In this document: piece by piece, positions 48,453 through 57,014 of the stretch | Numbering within the stretch: the first letter of the stretch is position 1 | Layout: each line of letters opens with the position of its first letter | Virus record (IMG/VR): IMGVR_UViG_2687453780_000005 | Location: 32,001-96,000 of that record | Strand: one strand, 5' to 3' | Source of the DNA: a virus | Lineage: Duplodnaviria; Caudoviricetes | Length of the DNA stretch: 64,000 bases | Notes under the pieces: generated by a model | The model's input: the letters and a program-made list of their open reading frames with translations, nothing else | Databases searched by the model: none | What the model was told of the DNA's origin: nothing | Made by a program: the position numbers and the translations under genes

Positions 48453-48668
48453 GCAACACCTAGCGGATAGCATAAGTGTTATTTCTAATATAACATTTCT
48501 AATGGCTTATTTCAAGCCGGTTATCCATCTATGAAAATTACAATGAAACTCCGCTTTTATTCGGTGGTTGCAAACACTGAGTTTAAGCGTAACAAATAAA
48601 AAATAAGAAAGGTAAAACAGTAAATTCTAGGATAAAGAGAATGCGCATTCCCTGTATATAGGGAAAAT

Positions 48669-50297
48669 TTGAATACAGAAAATAAATGCGGAGCTTTAAA
48701 TAAAGTAAGGTTAACTGGAAATATTTTATTTTCAGGAATTGGTGCTCAGGAACGAGGATTTGAAGACTCAGGATTGTTTGAAATAGAAGTATTAACTACA
48801 TCTGACATTTGTAAGGAAGCAGTTCTATCTTACGCTGCTATCCATTGTGGATTGACATGTAAAATGGTTGAAAACTACCCTGATTATCCAACTAGGGAAG
48901 AAATGGCACAGCATTTAACAAATATCAACTTGGGATATGAACCAGACAAAAATAAGTATTACGATTGGTTCAAACTAATAAAGAAGAAAAATAAAGAACT
49001 TGAAAAGTATTGGTTGGCATGTAAATTAAGTAACAATCTTGGTGATATTAGTAAAATTGAGGAATTACCATATGCTGACTTTTGGACAGTAAGTTTCTGT
49101 TGCCAAGATATTTCGGTGGCTGGAAAAATGAAGGGGTTAAAGCCCGACAGTGGAACGAGGAGTAGTTTGCTTTGGGATAATATTAAGTTATTAGAGAGAG
49201 CAAAAAATAATAGTACTCTTCCAAAATACATTATGTTTGAAAATGTAAAGAATTTGGTAAGCAAGAAGTTTATTAATGATTTTAATGATTTAATTGATGT
49301 GCTTGGAGAACTTGGATTCAATACATATTGGAAAGTGATTAATGGAAAAGACTGTGGGATTCCTCAAAATCGTGAAAGAGTTTTTGTTATCGCAATTCGT
49401 AAAGATATTGATACTGAGAAATTTGAGTTTCCGACTCCATTTGATAATGGATTAAGGCTCAGAGATATTCTTGATACTGTTGTCGATGAGAGGTTTTATC
49501 TATCAGATGAAAAGGTAAAAGATATGATCTCTAATATGAGTCCTTGTTGCAAAAATAAAAACTCTGTTATTCGAATTGGTAAAATCAATTCATCTCAGGA
49601 CGGACTGGTTGTTGACATCAATGGATTGTCTCCAACCCATACATCTGGGCATGGAAATTCACCTAAGATTATAACAGTTGGTAATGTTAATCCGTCTGGT
49701 AACGGAATGAATGGTAATGTATTTTCTGACAATGGTTTGGCACCCACATTAACTACTAATAAAGGTGAAGGGAATAAGATTCTAATCAATAAGGAGTCGA
49801 ATGAACTTCAGCAGGTTGGCTCCATAAACAATTATAACGATGATGCTAATCGTGTTTATAGTGATAATCTTGCAAGAACGCTAAAAAGTGAAGCTGGTGG
49901 AGGGGGTGCTAAAACTGGCTGGTGTCAAACCAGCGTAGAATGTAACCACACAGAATTTCCTTGTATTTATGATGATAGGGATAAGGGGTTTGGAGTAAAA
50001 ACGTCTGATTATTGTCCCACTCAAAGAGCTGAAAGATTTGGAATTAAGTGTATTGAAGTAACCAAGAGGGTGAGAAAACTTATTCCTAAAGAATGCTGGA
50101 GACTCATGGGGTTCAGAGACTCAGATTGCGAAGCAGCTTCGAATATTGGAGTAGCAGATTCACATTTATATAAGGAAGCTGGCAATTCTATTATAACAAA
50201 CTGCGTCAGACTTCTGGCGGAGCATTTGTATAAGGCTCAATATGATAATACATATAAGTGTACCGATGAAAATTTTACACAACCACAGGTGGATTAA
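48669..50297 (+). CDS. C5-cytosine DNA methyltransferase with long multi-repeat variable region
   Basis: LFSGIG, SFCCQDIS (motif IV), ENV, PQNRERVF, RKLIPKECWRLMGF, YKEAGNSI. Confidence 0.93.
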   Translation: MNTENKCGALNKVRLTGNILFSGIGAQERGFEDSGLFEIEVLTTSDICKEAVLSYAAIHCGLTCKMVENYPDYPTREEMAQHLTNINLGYEPDKNKYYDWFKLIKKKNKELEKYWLACKLSNNLGDISKIEELPYADFWTVSFCCQDISVAGKMKGLKPDSGTRSSLLWDNIKLLERAKNNSTLPKYIMFENVKNLVSKKFINDFNDLIDVLGELGFNTYWKVINGKDCGIPQNRERVFVIAIRKDIDTEKFEFPTPFDNGLRLRDILDTVVDERFYLSDEKVKDMISNMSPCCKNKNSVIRIGKINSSQDGLVVDINGLSPTHTSGHGNSPKIITVGNVNPSGNGMNGNVFSDNGLAPTLTTNKGEGNKILINKESNELQQVGSINNYNDDANRVYSDNLARTLKSEAGGGGAKTGWCQTSVECNHTEFPCIYDDRDKGFGVKTSDYCPTQRAERFGIKCIEVTKRVRKLIPKECWRLMGFRDSDCEAASNIGVADSHLYKEAGNSIITNCVRLLAEHLYKAQYDNTYKCTDENFTQPQVD

Positions 50298-50310
50298 ATT
50301 CTGCTTGTGG
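50270..50310 (+). promoter_or_regulatory. Putative -1 programmed ribosomal frameshift signal
   Basis: A_AAT_TTT heptamer in frame, 6-nt spacer, 11-bp stem 50283-93/50300-10. Confidence 0.7.
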
Positions 50311-50605
50311 AGATCAACCAGTGTTATTAGGCGGAGTTGGAGAAATAAACTTTGGGAAGCAATACAGACAAGGGAATCGAATTTATGATTCAAATCATAT
50401 TGCAATGTGTGTTCTGTCTCAACCAGTGGGAAATGCGGGGGGATATAGTTACTTATATGCAGTATATGAACCAATTTGTGCTGCTATGAGAGGCAGATAC
50501 GATGAAGATGGCAAGATTCAACAGCAATTAGAACCGAGATATGATGGTTTAACCAACACAATTACAACGGTTACTAAGGACAATTTAATTGTAGAGAACA
50601 GATGA
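50277..50605 (+). CDS. -1 frame extension of the methyltransferase (TRD-like module)
   Basis: Open -1 frame YTTTGGLNSACGDQPVLLGGVG...QGNRIYDS...TNTITTVTKDNL; no RBS for GTG 50321. Confidence 0.65.
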
Positions 50606-50624
50606 AATTAAAGTTTGCTTCAGA

Positions 50625-50864
50625 ATGGAGGTAATTAAAATAAAGAAAGGTATCGTCGGTTTTATCAAAAGAATTATTGGATATTGTGACGGTTGCAGAG
50701 ACTGTAAGAATAGATTTTTTAAATATCCTAAGAGGTTTCGTATGAGAACTATGTACGAAGATGAAGAATCAAATTACATAACGTGTTGTAAGGGATATTT
50801 CGAAAATGTTATTAAACCATATTGGGACGAAAGATGGGAAGAGTTTTATTCTTCCAGATTGTAG
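50625..50864 (+). CDS. Small Cys-containing protein
   Basis: ORF track; true start may be ATT 50635 after GGAGG. Confidence 0.55.
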   Translation: MEVIKIKKGIVGFIKRIIGYCDGCRDCKNRFFKYPKRFRMRTMYEDEESNYITCCKGYFENVIKPYWDERWEEFYSSRL

Positions 50865-50875
50865 GGAGGAATTGA

Positions 50876-51451
50876 TTGAAAACTGTAGCTAACTTTAGAT
50901 GTAAAGAATGTGATGATATTTTTTGGGCGGAATCCGGCAAATGGACGAAGTGTAAATGTGGAAAGTGCGAAGTTGAACCGCTTGAAATGGGTAGCACGGC
51001 GTATAGGGGTAAACAGTGCTTCGAGAGGCTTAAAGATGGTGAAGACCACACATATTACGATGAAAGCGATTTTTATATTATGGAAGGGGAGGTGCTAGAT
51101 TTATTTAATAAGATGAAGCAGATGTGCGAAGAACTAGACTTTCACATATACGAATCATTCAAGAAAAGCGAAGATGGAGATGAATATTTATCTTATATAA
51201 ATTACACAAACTCAGACCTGATTAATCATAATGAGATGAACGAAGTACAATTTTGCGTAAGATTTGATAAGTATTTTAATGCAGGGGACTATATTGGCAG
51301 ACTAAATTCCTTTTACGAATTTCTTTTATATTTAAAAAATAATCCGGAGCTTCTAAAAAAGCGAAAAGAATTATTGGACTATTCTTATAAAAATGATGTT
51401 GAGTGGGATAGGAAACAAGTAAAAGATTATGATTATACGTTTTATTTTTAG
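50876..51451 (+). CDS. Zn-ribbon protein
   Basis: CKEC...CKCGKC. Confidence 0.65.
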   Translation: MKTVANFRCKECDDIFWAESGKWTKCKCGKCEVEPLEMGSTAYRGKQCFERLKDGEDHTYYDESDFYIMEGEVLDLFNKMKQMCEELDFHIYESFKKSEDGDEYLSYINYTNSDLINHNEMNEVQFCVRFDKYFNAGDYIGRLNSFYEFLLYLKNNPELLKKRKELLDYSYKNDVEWDRKQVKDYDYTFYF

Positions 51452-51562
51452 AATAGAAACAGAGTTTAATTGGAGGGAAGACGTAAACATTAGAAGACTT
51501 GGTTTTGAGAGAATTATGAAATGACGATTTCAATTGGTAAACCCATATTTAGCCGAGAAAAG

Positions 51563-51587
51563 TGCGAGGGAATAAAACTCCCTCGCA
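51563..51587 (-). terminator. Terminator of the inverted gene
   Basis: TGCGAGGGA/TCCCTCGCA 9-bp stem followed by CTTTTCT on the minus strand. Confidence 0.7.
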
Positions 51588-51595
51588 GGTGAAAA

Positions 51596-51802
51596 CTATC
51601 GAACAATGCTATATTTTCTATTACAATTTGGACAACAAAGACCTACACTAGGCCAGTCCTGTTCGAGTTTGTCCTTCCAATATGTGATTGGAACACGACC
51701 GCTGCAATTTGAATAATGGCATTCAAAAGTATCATCTTCATTTTGAACAGTACTTAATGGCCCAGCAATTGAGCGTTCTTCTTCTACTAATATCTCATGC
51801 AT
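51596..51802 (-). CDS. Inverted moron-like Zn-binding protein
   Basis: GGAGGTG RBS; C..C...CCPxC; own promoter and terminator. Confidence 0.7.
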   Translation of the reverse strand: MHEILVEEERSIAGPLSTVQNEDDTFECHYSNCSGRVPITYWKDKLEQDWPSVGLCCPNCNRKYSIVR

Positions 51803-51829
51803 AATACCACCTCCATATTTGATTCTTAA

Positions 51830-51858
51830 ATTATACAGGTTTTTAGCGGTGGTGGCAA
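51830..51858 (-). promoter_or_regulatory. sigmaA promoter of the inverted gene
   Basis: TTGCCA-17 bp-TATAAT. Confidence 0.75.
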
Positions 51859-51938
51859 TGCATTATGAGAAAGGGATGCTTTATATGACTGTACATTTAT
51901 TGTAAGAGTGTAAATTTTTGAAAACGGAGAAGTAAATT

Positions 51939-52229
51939 ATGGAAGTTACTATCGGGGATAAGATTTATATTTCAAATGAAAAGAAGCCGTATACCGTAAA
52001 AGCTAGAGACAATAGATACATCATTTGTACAAAACCATTCAATCCTCAAAGAACAGTCTTATATTTCATAATTGATTTAGAAGCAAAACGTAGAGCACCA
52101 GATGATAGAGTATTTTGTTCTGGGTATGAGACAGATGAACATTGTATGGCAAGATTAAGAGAATTACAGAGTGGCAAGATTGGATTGAGTTGGCGGAGAG
52201 GTATTCCACTGGACGTTGATGTGGAATAG
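51939..52229 (+). CDS. Conserved phage hypothetical protein
   Basis: YTVKARDNRYIICTKPFN..TVLYFIID. Confidence 0.7.
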   Translation: MEVTIGDKIYISNEKKPYTVKARDNRYIICTKPFNPQRTVLYFIIDLEAKRRAPDDRVFCSGYETDEHCMARLRELQSGKIGLSWRRGIPLDVDVE

Positions 52230-52299
52230 AAATTGAGATATTGCCAATAGAAGTAACGATTCAACGGAGAATTAAATTATTGAAAGGTGGTGAAAAGTA

Positions 52300-52659
52300 G
52301 TGCATCCGAACAAATTTTTTAAGGAAGTATCCTGCAAGACAGGGTTAGATATTTTTGAAATATTCGATGAAGATATTAAATTGAAATTGCAGAATGTTCA
52401 TCCTAAGAACTTCCTTAAAACAAAAATAACGTTACCTGTCTATAAGGTCACACTAGATTATTATACAGAAAATGATAATCACAAGATTGTCGAGCGATAT
52501 ATGGTTATGGATAGCCCTGGTGAAGAAGAATTTTCTGATTTTTGGGCAGATATTTATTGCCGCGATTATAACCAAGAGAATCCGGATAGGCAAATGAAAA
52601 ATTTGACTATAAATGATGTTGTACATATATGTGACGCTGTGCTACCAATTGGTTGTTGA
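52300..52659 (+). CDS. Hypothetical protein
   Basis: GGTGGTG RBS, GTG start. Confidence 0.6.
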   Translation: MHPNKFFKEVSCKTGLDIFEIFDEDIKLKLQNVHPKNFLKTKITLPVYKVTLDYYTENDNHKIVERYMVMDSPGEEEFSDFWADIYCRDYNQENPDRQMKNLTINDVVHICDAVLPIGC

Positions 52660-52835
52660 TAGATGTCGATTGTATTTAGAACCTTTATTTATTAAAGGTT
52701 GTCACGAGGTTGCAAAAATGGATCGTTGATTTAAAGCAATCGAAAAAGGAATGTGATAGTGACGTAAAAAGACACTCACTAAGTATGGCTTTACCTCATA
52801 AAAAGCGAAATTGATTTTTATGAGGAGAATACATA

Positions 52836-53921
52836 TTGACATTAGAACTAGGTGAGATTTTTAATACATTGCCTAAAGACGTAATAATAACCAACAATTT
52901 TATAAAGGCATGGAAAATAATAAATAACCCAGATTACGAAAAGATAGTTTGCTCTATTTCCGGTGGCTCAGATAGCGATGATATGTTAGATATTTGCTAT
53001 AAATGCGACATAAATAAAAAGATTGATTATGTGTGGTTCAATACCGGCCTGGAATATGAAGCTACCAAAGAACACTTAAAATACTTGGAAGAAAAATATG
53101 ATGTTGTTATCAAGGAAATTAAAGCAATAAAGCCAATTCCAGTATCTTGTAAAGAATACGGGCAGCCGTTCATTTCTAAGCAGGTTAGTGAATTTATCGG
53201 ACGATTGCAAAAATACGGGTTTAAGTGGGAGGATAGAACTTTTGATGAATTACTTGTTAAATATTGTGTTGAAATTCCTGAATCCGAAGCAGTTAAAAAC
53301 GGGAAGATTAAAAAAGGAATTGCAAAACATCAGGATAAGTATTGGAGAGGTTGCGTTTCAGCTCTAGAGTGGTGGTGTAATACTAAGAAGTCTAAGAAAT
53401 TAGGAATTACACAAAACAAATGGTTAAAGGAATTTTTAATTGCCTATCCTCCGTTAGATATACCAATATCAAATAAGTGTTGCATAGGAGCTAAAAAGGC
53501 TGTCATTCATAAATTACTCAAAGAAGGAGGTTATGGACTTAGCATCGTCGGAATTAGGAAAGCAGAAGGTGGAGCAAGAGCAACTGCTTATAAGAATTGC
53601 TTTGACGAAAACGATGATTCTTGTGATAATTATAGGCCATTATTCTTTTATAAGAATGATACGAAAACTGTCTATGAAAATCATTTTAATATTTGCCATA
53701 GTAAATGTTATATGGAGTATGGTCTGAAAAGAACTGGTTGTGCCGGTTGCCCCTTTGGTAGAGATTTTGAGTTTGAACTAGAAGTAATACAGAAATATGA
53801 GCCAAAACTATTTGCGGCGGTAAATTACATATTCGGCAAAAGTTATGAGTACACAAGACGCTATAGAGAATTCTGTAAGATGATGAATGAGCAAGAGAAA
53901 CAAAATAAACCAAGGAAATAA
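52836..53921 (+). CDS. Phosphoadenosine phosphosulfate (PAPS) reductase family protein
   Basis: ISGGSDSD PP-loop, NTGLE, KCC, GIRKAE, RTGCAGCPF. Confidence 0.88.
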   Translation: MTLELGEIFNTLPKDVIITNNFIKAWKIINNPDYEKIVCSISGGSDSDDMLDICYKCDINKKIDYVWFNTGLEYEATKEHLKYLEEKYDVVIKEIKAIKPIPVSCKEYGQPFISKQVSEFIGRLQKYGFKWEDRTFDELLVKYCVEIPESEAVKNGKIKKGIAKHQDKYWRGCVSALEWWCNTKKSKKLGITQNKWLKEFLIAYPPLDIPISNKCCIGAKKAVIHKLLKEGGYGLSIVGIRKAEGGARATAYKNCFDENDDSCDNYRPLFFYKNDTKTVYENHFNICHSKCYMEYGLKRTGCAGCPFGRDFEFELEVIQKYEPKLFAAVNYIFGKSYEYTRRYREFCKMMNEQEKQNKPRK

Positions 53922-53942
53922 TTCTTTGATTGGAGGATAGAT

Positions 53943-54173
53943 TTGAAAACCAAAATATACCGTCTAAACTATGCGCACGAAGAAAACATTATGGGTAAAA
54001 GGATTGAAATAAAAGCAAGTGATTATCCAAATACCTTACATATACCAACAGAACAAGAGTTGGTATCAGTTGTAAAGAAAAATGGAGAGCCGTGTGTCAT
54101 AGATAAAATCAATGAAATAATTGACTATATTAAATTACCTTGGTATAAGAAGTTATTTTATAAAAGCCAATGA
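53943..54173 (+). CDS. Hypothetical protein
   Basis: GGAGG RBS; flanked by junction sites. Confidence 0.6.
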   Translation: MKTKIYRLNYAHEENIMGKRIEIKASDYPNTLHIPTEQELVSVVKKNGEPCVIDKINEIIDYIKLPWYKKLFYKSQ

Positions 54174-54200
54174 AACAGTACTTTGCTTGGAGGTGATAAG

Positions 54201-54470
54201 GTGTCATGTGATTTTTGCAATGTAAAATGTAATACGTGTATCCATAAGGGAGAGGAGTATGATATCTCTGATTCATGGGAGGATTCTGGCCCAATAATGG
54301 TATCATACTGTAGTAATGATGAGAACTGCAACGATTACGAAAGAGACGGTAACTTTTGTAAGATGTGTGGAAAAAAATTAAATTTGAATATTCGGAGGAG
54401 ATATGAACAGAGAAGACGAATTAAAATTAGAAGCAACAATCAAAGAAAACATGGAGAAGGTAAGATTTGA
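54201..54470 (+). CDS. Cys-rich Zn-finger protein
   Basis: CDFC..CxxC...NFCKMCGKKL. Confidence 0.55.
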   Translation: MSCDFCNVKCNTCIHKGEEYDISDSWEDSGPIMVSYCSNDENCNDYERDGNFCKMCGKKLNLNIRRRYEQRRRIKIRSNNQRKHGEGKI

Positions 54471-54618
54471 AGGATTGGCTGCTGGAGCAAAAGGGATTGC
54501 CGGTGCCATCTTGGAAATTTGCAATGATAAGAATATTAAGAACGATACTGTCAGGATCAATAAGATTAGAGATTTCTGTGTGACAGGACTTGGATTGAAG
54601 AAAGGAAACAATCAGTGA
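54403..54618 (+). CDS. Hypothetical protein
   Basis: GGAGG RBS. Confidence 0.6.
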   Translation: MNREDELKLEATIKENMEKVRFEGLAAGAKGIAGAILEICNDKNIKNDTVRINKIRDFCVTGLGLKKGNNQ

Positions 54619-54845
54619 ATCTAGTTGAATGTTATATTGAAAAAGTATTATCTGTTGAGGATAATACCTCAGAATTTACTACATACATGCAAACAGAAGG
54701 GGATCACCCAGAATTTATTGCAAACGAGCCATACTTAAATGTAATTTGTGTGGTAAATTGCTATGGGAGAAGATCAACAGAATTACATTTATGGAGAAAA
54801 TCAGAGTATGAAAAGTATTTAGAGCAAGGATATTATCTTGCATAG
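54615..54845 (+). CDS. Hypothetical protein
   Basis: GTGA coupling to upstream gene. Confidence 0.6.
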   Translation: MNLVECYIEKVLSVEDNTSEFTTYMQTEGDHPEFIANEPYLNVICVVNCYGRRSTELHLWRKSEYEKYLEQGYYLA

Positions 54846-54864
54846 TTACCATAAAAACATTCTT

Positions 54865-55395
54865 CTATACAATAATAGAACCTTTACTCTCCTCTGGGCA
54901 TTTTGCAACTAAAGTTTTTTGACCTTTATTAGTCGTAAATTTTAATTTTATCCTGTTATTCTCATCAAAAATAGTAACACCTCTTTCAATAGGGAAAGAT
55001 ATAAAACCTATAAAACACTGGTTCCCAGTTAGTTGAATCGGAAGATTTTCAGAAAAGAAACGCTCAGTCCGTGGAATATCTGATTCTGGGAATTTTGGAT
55101 AATAACGTTCACCTATCCACTTATGATTTACATAACAGGGATATTCCTTATCTGAGGTGACTATTGAGATTCTTGTAATTGCAAATGGACTTGTTGAGTG
55201 GTTAATGATACATAAAAGGAAGGTATATTCATCTCTCAGAGATATATCGCTAAATTCATAATTTTGAATGTCTATAGAGAAACGAGTGAGTTTCCTTAAT
55301 GCCGTGTAAATTATCTGAGATATGGATAGAAATAAACTTAAAATAGCAATTGTAAGTGTAACTAAATCTTTATGAGAAACCAAATAATTAATCAT
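54865..55395 (-). CDS. Inverted moron-like membrane-anchored protein
   Basis: N-terminal TM (LVTLTIAILSLFLSISQIIY), AAGGAG RBS, TG-A-TATAAT upstream. Confidence 0.7.
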   Translation of the reverse strand: MINYLVSHKDLVTLTIAILSLFLSISQIIYTALRKLTRFSIDIQNYEFSDISLRDEYTFLLCIINHSTSPFAITRISIVTSDKEYPCYVNHKWIGERYYPKFPESDIPRTERFFSENLPIQLTGNQCFIGFISFPIERGVTIFDENNRIKLKFTTNKGQKTLVAKCPEESKGSIIV

Positions 55396-55580
55396 TAATA
55401 TTCTCCTTAGATTTTATACACTGATTATATCACATTATTAAAAAAACTAAAAGAATAAAATATCAATTTGCTATACGATATCAAGAACGTAGAGACAATT
55501 AGTGCCAGGAAAAAGAAAGTTAAGACAATAACAATATTTCAATAATCACAAGCAAAGTGTAGTTTTATAAACTTAGAAAT

Positions 55581-55652
55581 AAATAAAGAAAACTGTTGAC
55601 ATGCACCGAGATAGGTGTTATCATTATGAATGTACAGATAAATAAAGAAAAC
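55581..55652 (+). promoter_or_regulatory. sigmaA promoter bracketed by two AAATAAAGAAAAC boxes (upstream of replication module)
   Basis: Box 55581-93, TTGACA 55596-17 bp-TATCAT 55619, box 55640-52. Confidence 0.85.
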
Positions 55653-55919
55653 CAAGAAGGAGGTAACAAGATGAAAGGTAGTAAAACAGAGTATGCAAAA
55701 TTCAAAAGTATCATGAGCAAGGTAAAGAAGAACAGGCCAGAGGTTGCAGCCAACGGAAAGGTTAAATGGGGAGCTGGTAAGTAGAGAGGGGTATTACATA
55801 ATGATGATTAGTTTATTTGATGGATTCTTTGCTTTTAACATTGATTGGAAGGCAGTGGTGGCAATGTCGGCAGCACTGGCCGTAATTACATTATGGAGTT
55901 AGAGAGAGGAAAGAAGTCA

Positions 55920-56108
55920 ATGGTTGCTATAATATGTATTTTACTTGGAGTGGCATTAGAGATCATTAAGGCTAATAACTGGTTTATTGTTCCAGATGTT
56001 GCCACATATGTTGTGTTTGGACTTGGCGGATTCTTAGCTTTGGTCAATGTTATCACATGGATTGGAGCAAAAAGATCTGTGAACAAAGTAGCAAAGAGGT
56101 TCAGATAG
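55920..56108 (+). CDS. Small two-TM membrane protein
   Basis: Two hydrophobic helices and a basic C-terminus. Confidence 0.6.
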   Translation: MVAIICILLGVALEIIKANNWFIVPDVATYVVFGLGGFLALVNVITWIGAKRSVNKVAKRFR

Positions 56109-56152
56109 AATTGTGATTTAATCCTAAAAAGATAATAAAAAGAAGGTGAAGC

Positions 56153-56449
56153 ATGTACGAAGAAATGGAAGAGGAGTTTCAACAGTTTCTAATTGATATG
56201 GAAGAAACTGAAAACGCAATGGTATTCGCCCGATACATGGACGAATACGATTATGAAGACAGCTATGGAAACAATGAAATTTACGAATATCAAGAAAAAT
56301 TCGCTGAAAAGGTTGAGGATTGGTTAAGAGAAAATAAGCCTGGTAAGTACATAGTAACCCGTGGATATTATATTGGGATCATGATACCAGATGAAGCAAG
56401 ACAACGCAGAATGTCACAAAATACAATTGAAGAAATGATTATAAGATAG
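56153..56449 (+). CDS. Acidic hypothetical protein
   Basis: GAAGGTG RBS. Confidence 0.6.
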   Translation: MYEEMEEEFQQFLIDMEETENAMVFARYMDEYDYEDSYGNNEIYEYQEKFAEKVEDWLRENKPGKYIVTRGYYIGIMIPDEARQRRMSQNTIEEMIIR

Positions 56450-56460
56450 GAGGTATTGCA

Positions 56461-56805
56461 TTGGCAATCAATATTAACGGAAACAATTTTACAGATATGA
56501 AAAAAGCAACAGAGTATTTTGAGAAGAAGTTGGCAGAAAACAAAACTCCATTAAATATCATCAATATGGAAACGGCGAAACGTACTTCTTTTGATAATAT
56601 TAGGAACAACAAGTTAGCGCCCGTTCTCGAAGTTGTAGATGAAATGGTTCGTGAATCTATTACCAAAGGGGAATTCAATTGCTTCTTGAAAAATGATATT
56701 TTCTCTGATGAAAGCGATGATTCGAGAAACTTGATAGATATATTAGAATCATTAGGATACCATGTAATTCAAAGTTGTCAGGGATTAAAAATCAAATGGG
56801 ATTAA
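56461..56805 (+). CDS. Hypothetical protein
   Basis: GGAGG RBS, TTG start. Confidence 0.6.
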   Translation: MAININGNNFTDMKKATEYFEKKLAENKTPLNIINMETAKRTSFDNIRNNKLAPVLEVVDEMVRESITKGEFNCFLKNDIFSDESDDSRNLIDILESLGYHVIQSCQGLKIKWD

Positions 56806-57014
56806 TTAGTAACTCGTCAACAAGTCAACTTACATAATGGAGGAATTTAATAGTAACGCAAAAAGTATGGATAATACCGTTTTTGGTAGGGTATTTCGGA
56901 TACCTTATTATTTTTGCACCTTTTTTAAGGTTTAATATAGATTTTCCATAGAGTGAGGCTCATGTTATCGCCGGTGAGAGCTGGTGTTTACATAAAAAAT
57001 AATTTAAGAAAGAG

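Larger units (their letters stand above)
28118..56123 (+). repeat. Dispersed family of about 35 TRRAA-N6-TTT quasi-palindromic junction sites
   Basis: Examples: 32357 TGAAA-AGTAAG-TTTCA, 35073 TGAAA-GACAGG-TTTCA, 41218 TAAAA-TAATAG-TTTTA, 51517 TGAAA-TGACGA-TTTCA; see findings. Confidence 0.8.

Noticed and set aside
52836-53921. Dnd phosphorothioation system
   Set aside because: No dndA/B/D/E or ssp genes nearby
28118-56123. Classical integron attC sites
   Set aside because: The sites are about 16 bp, lack GTTRRRY/RYYYAAC boxes and long hairpins, and the recombinase shows no obvious IntI-specific insertion; only the cassette logic is similar
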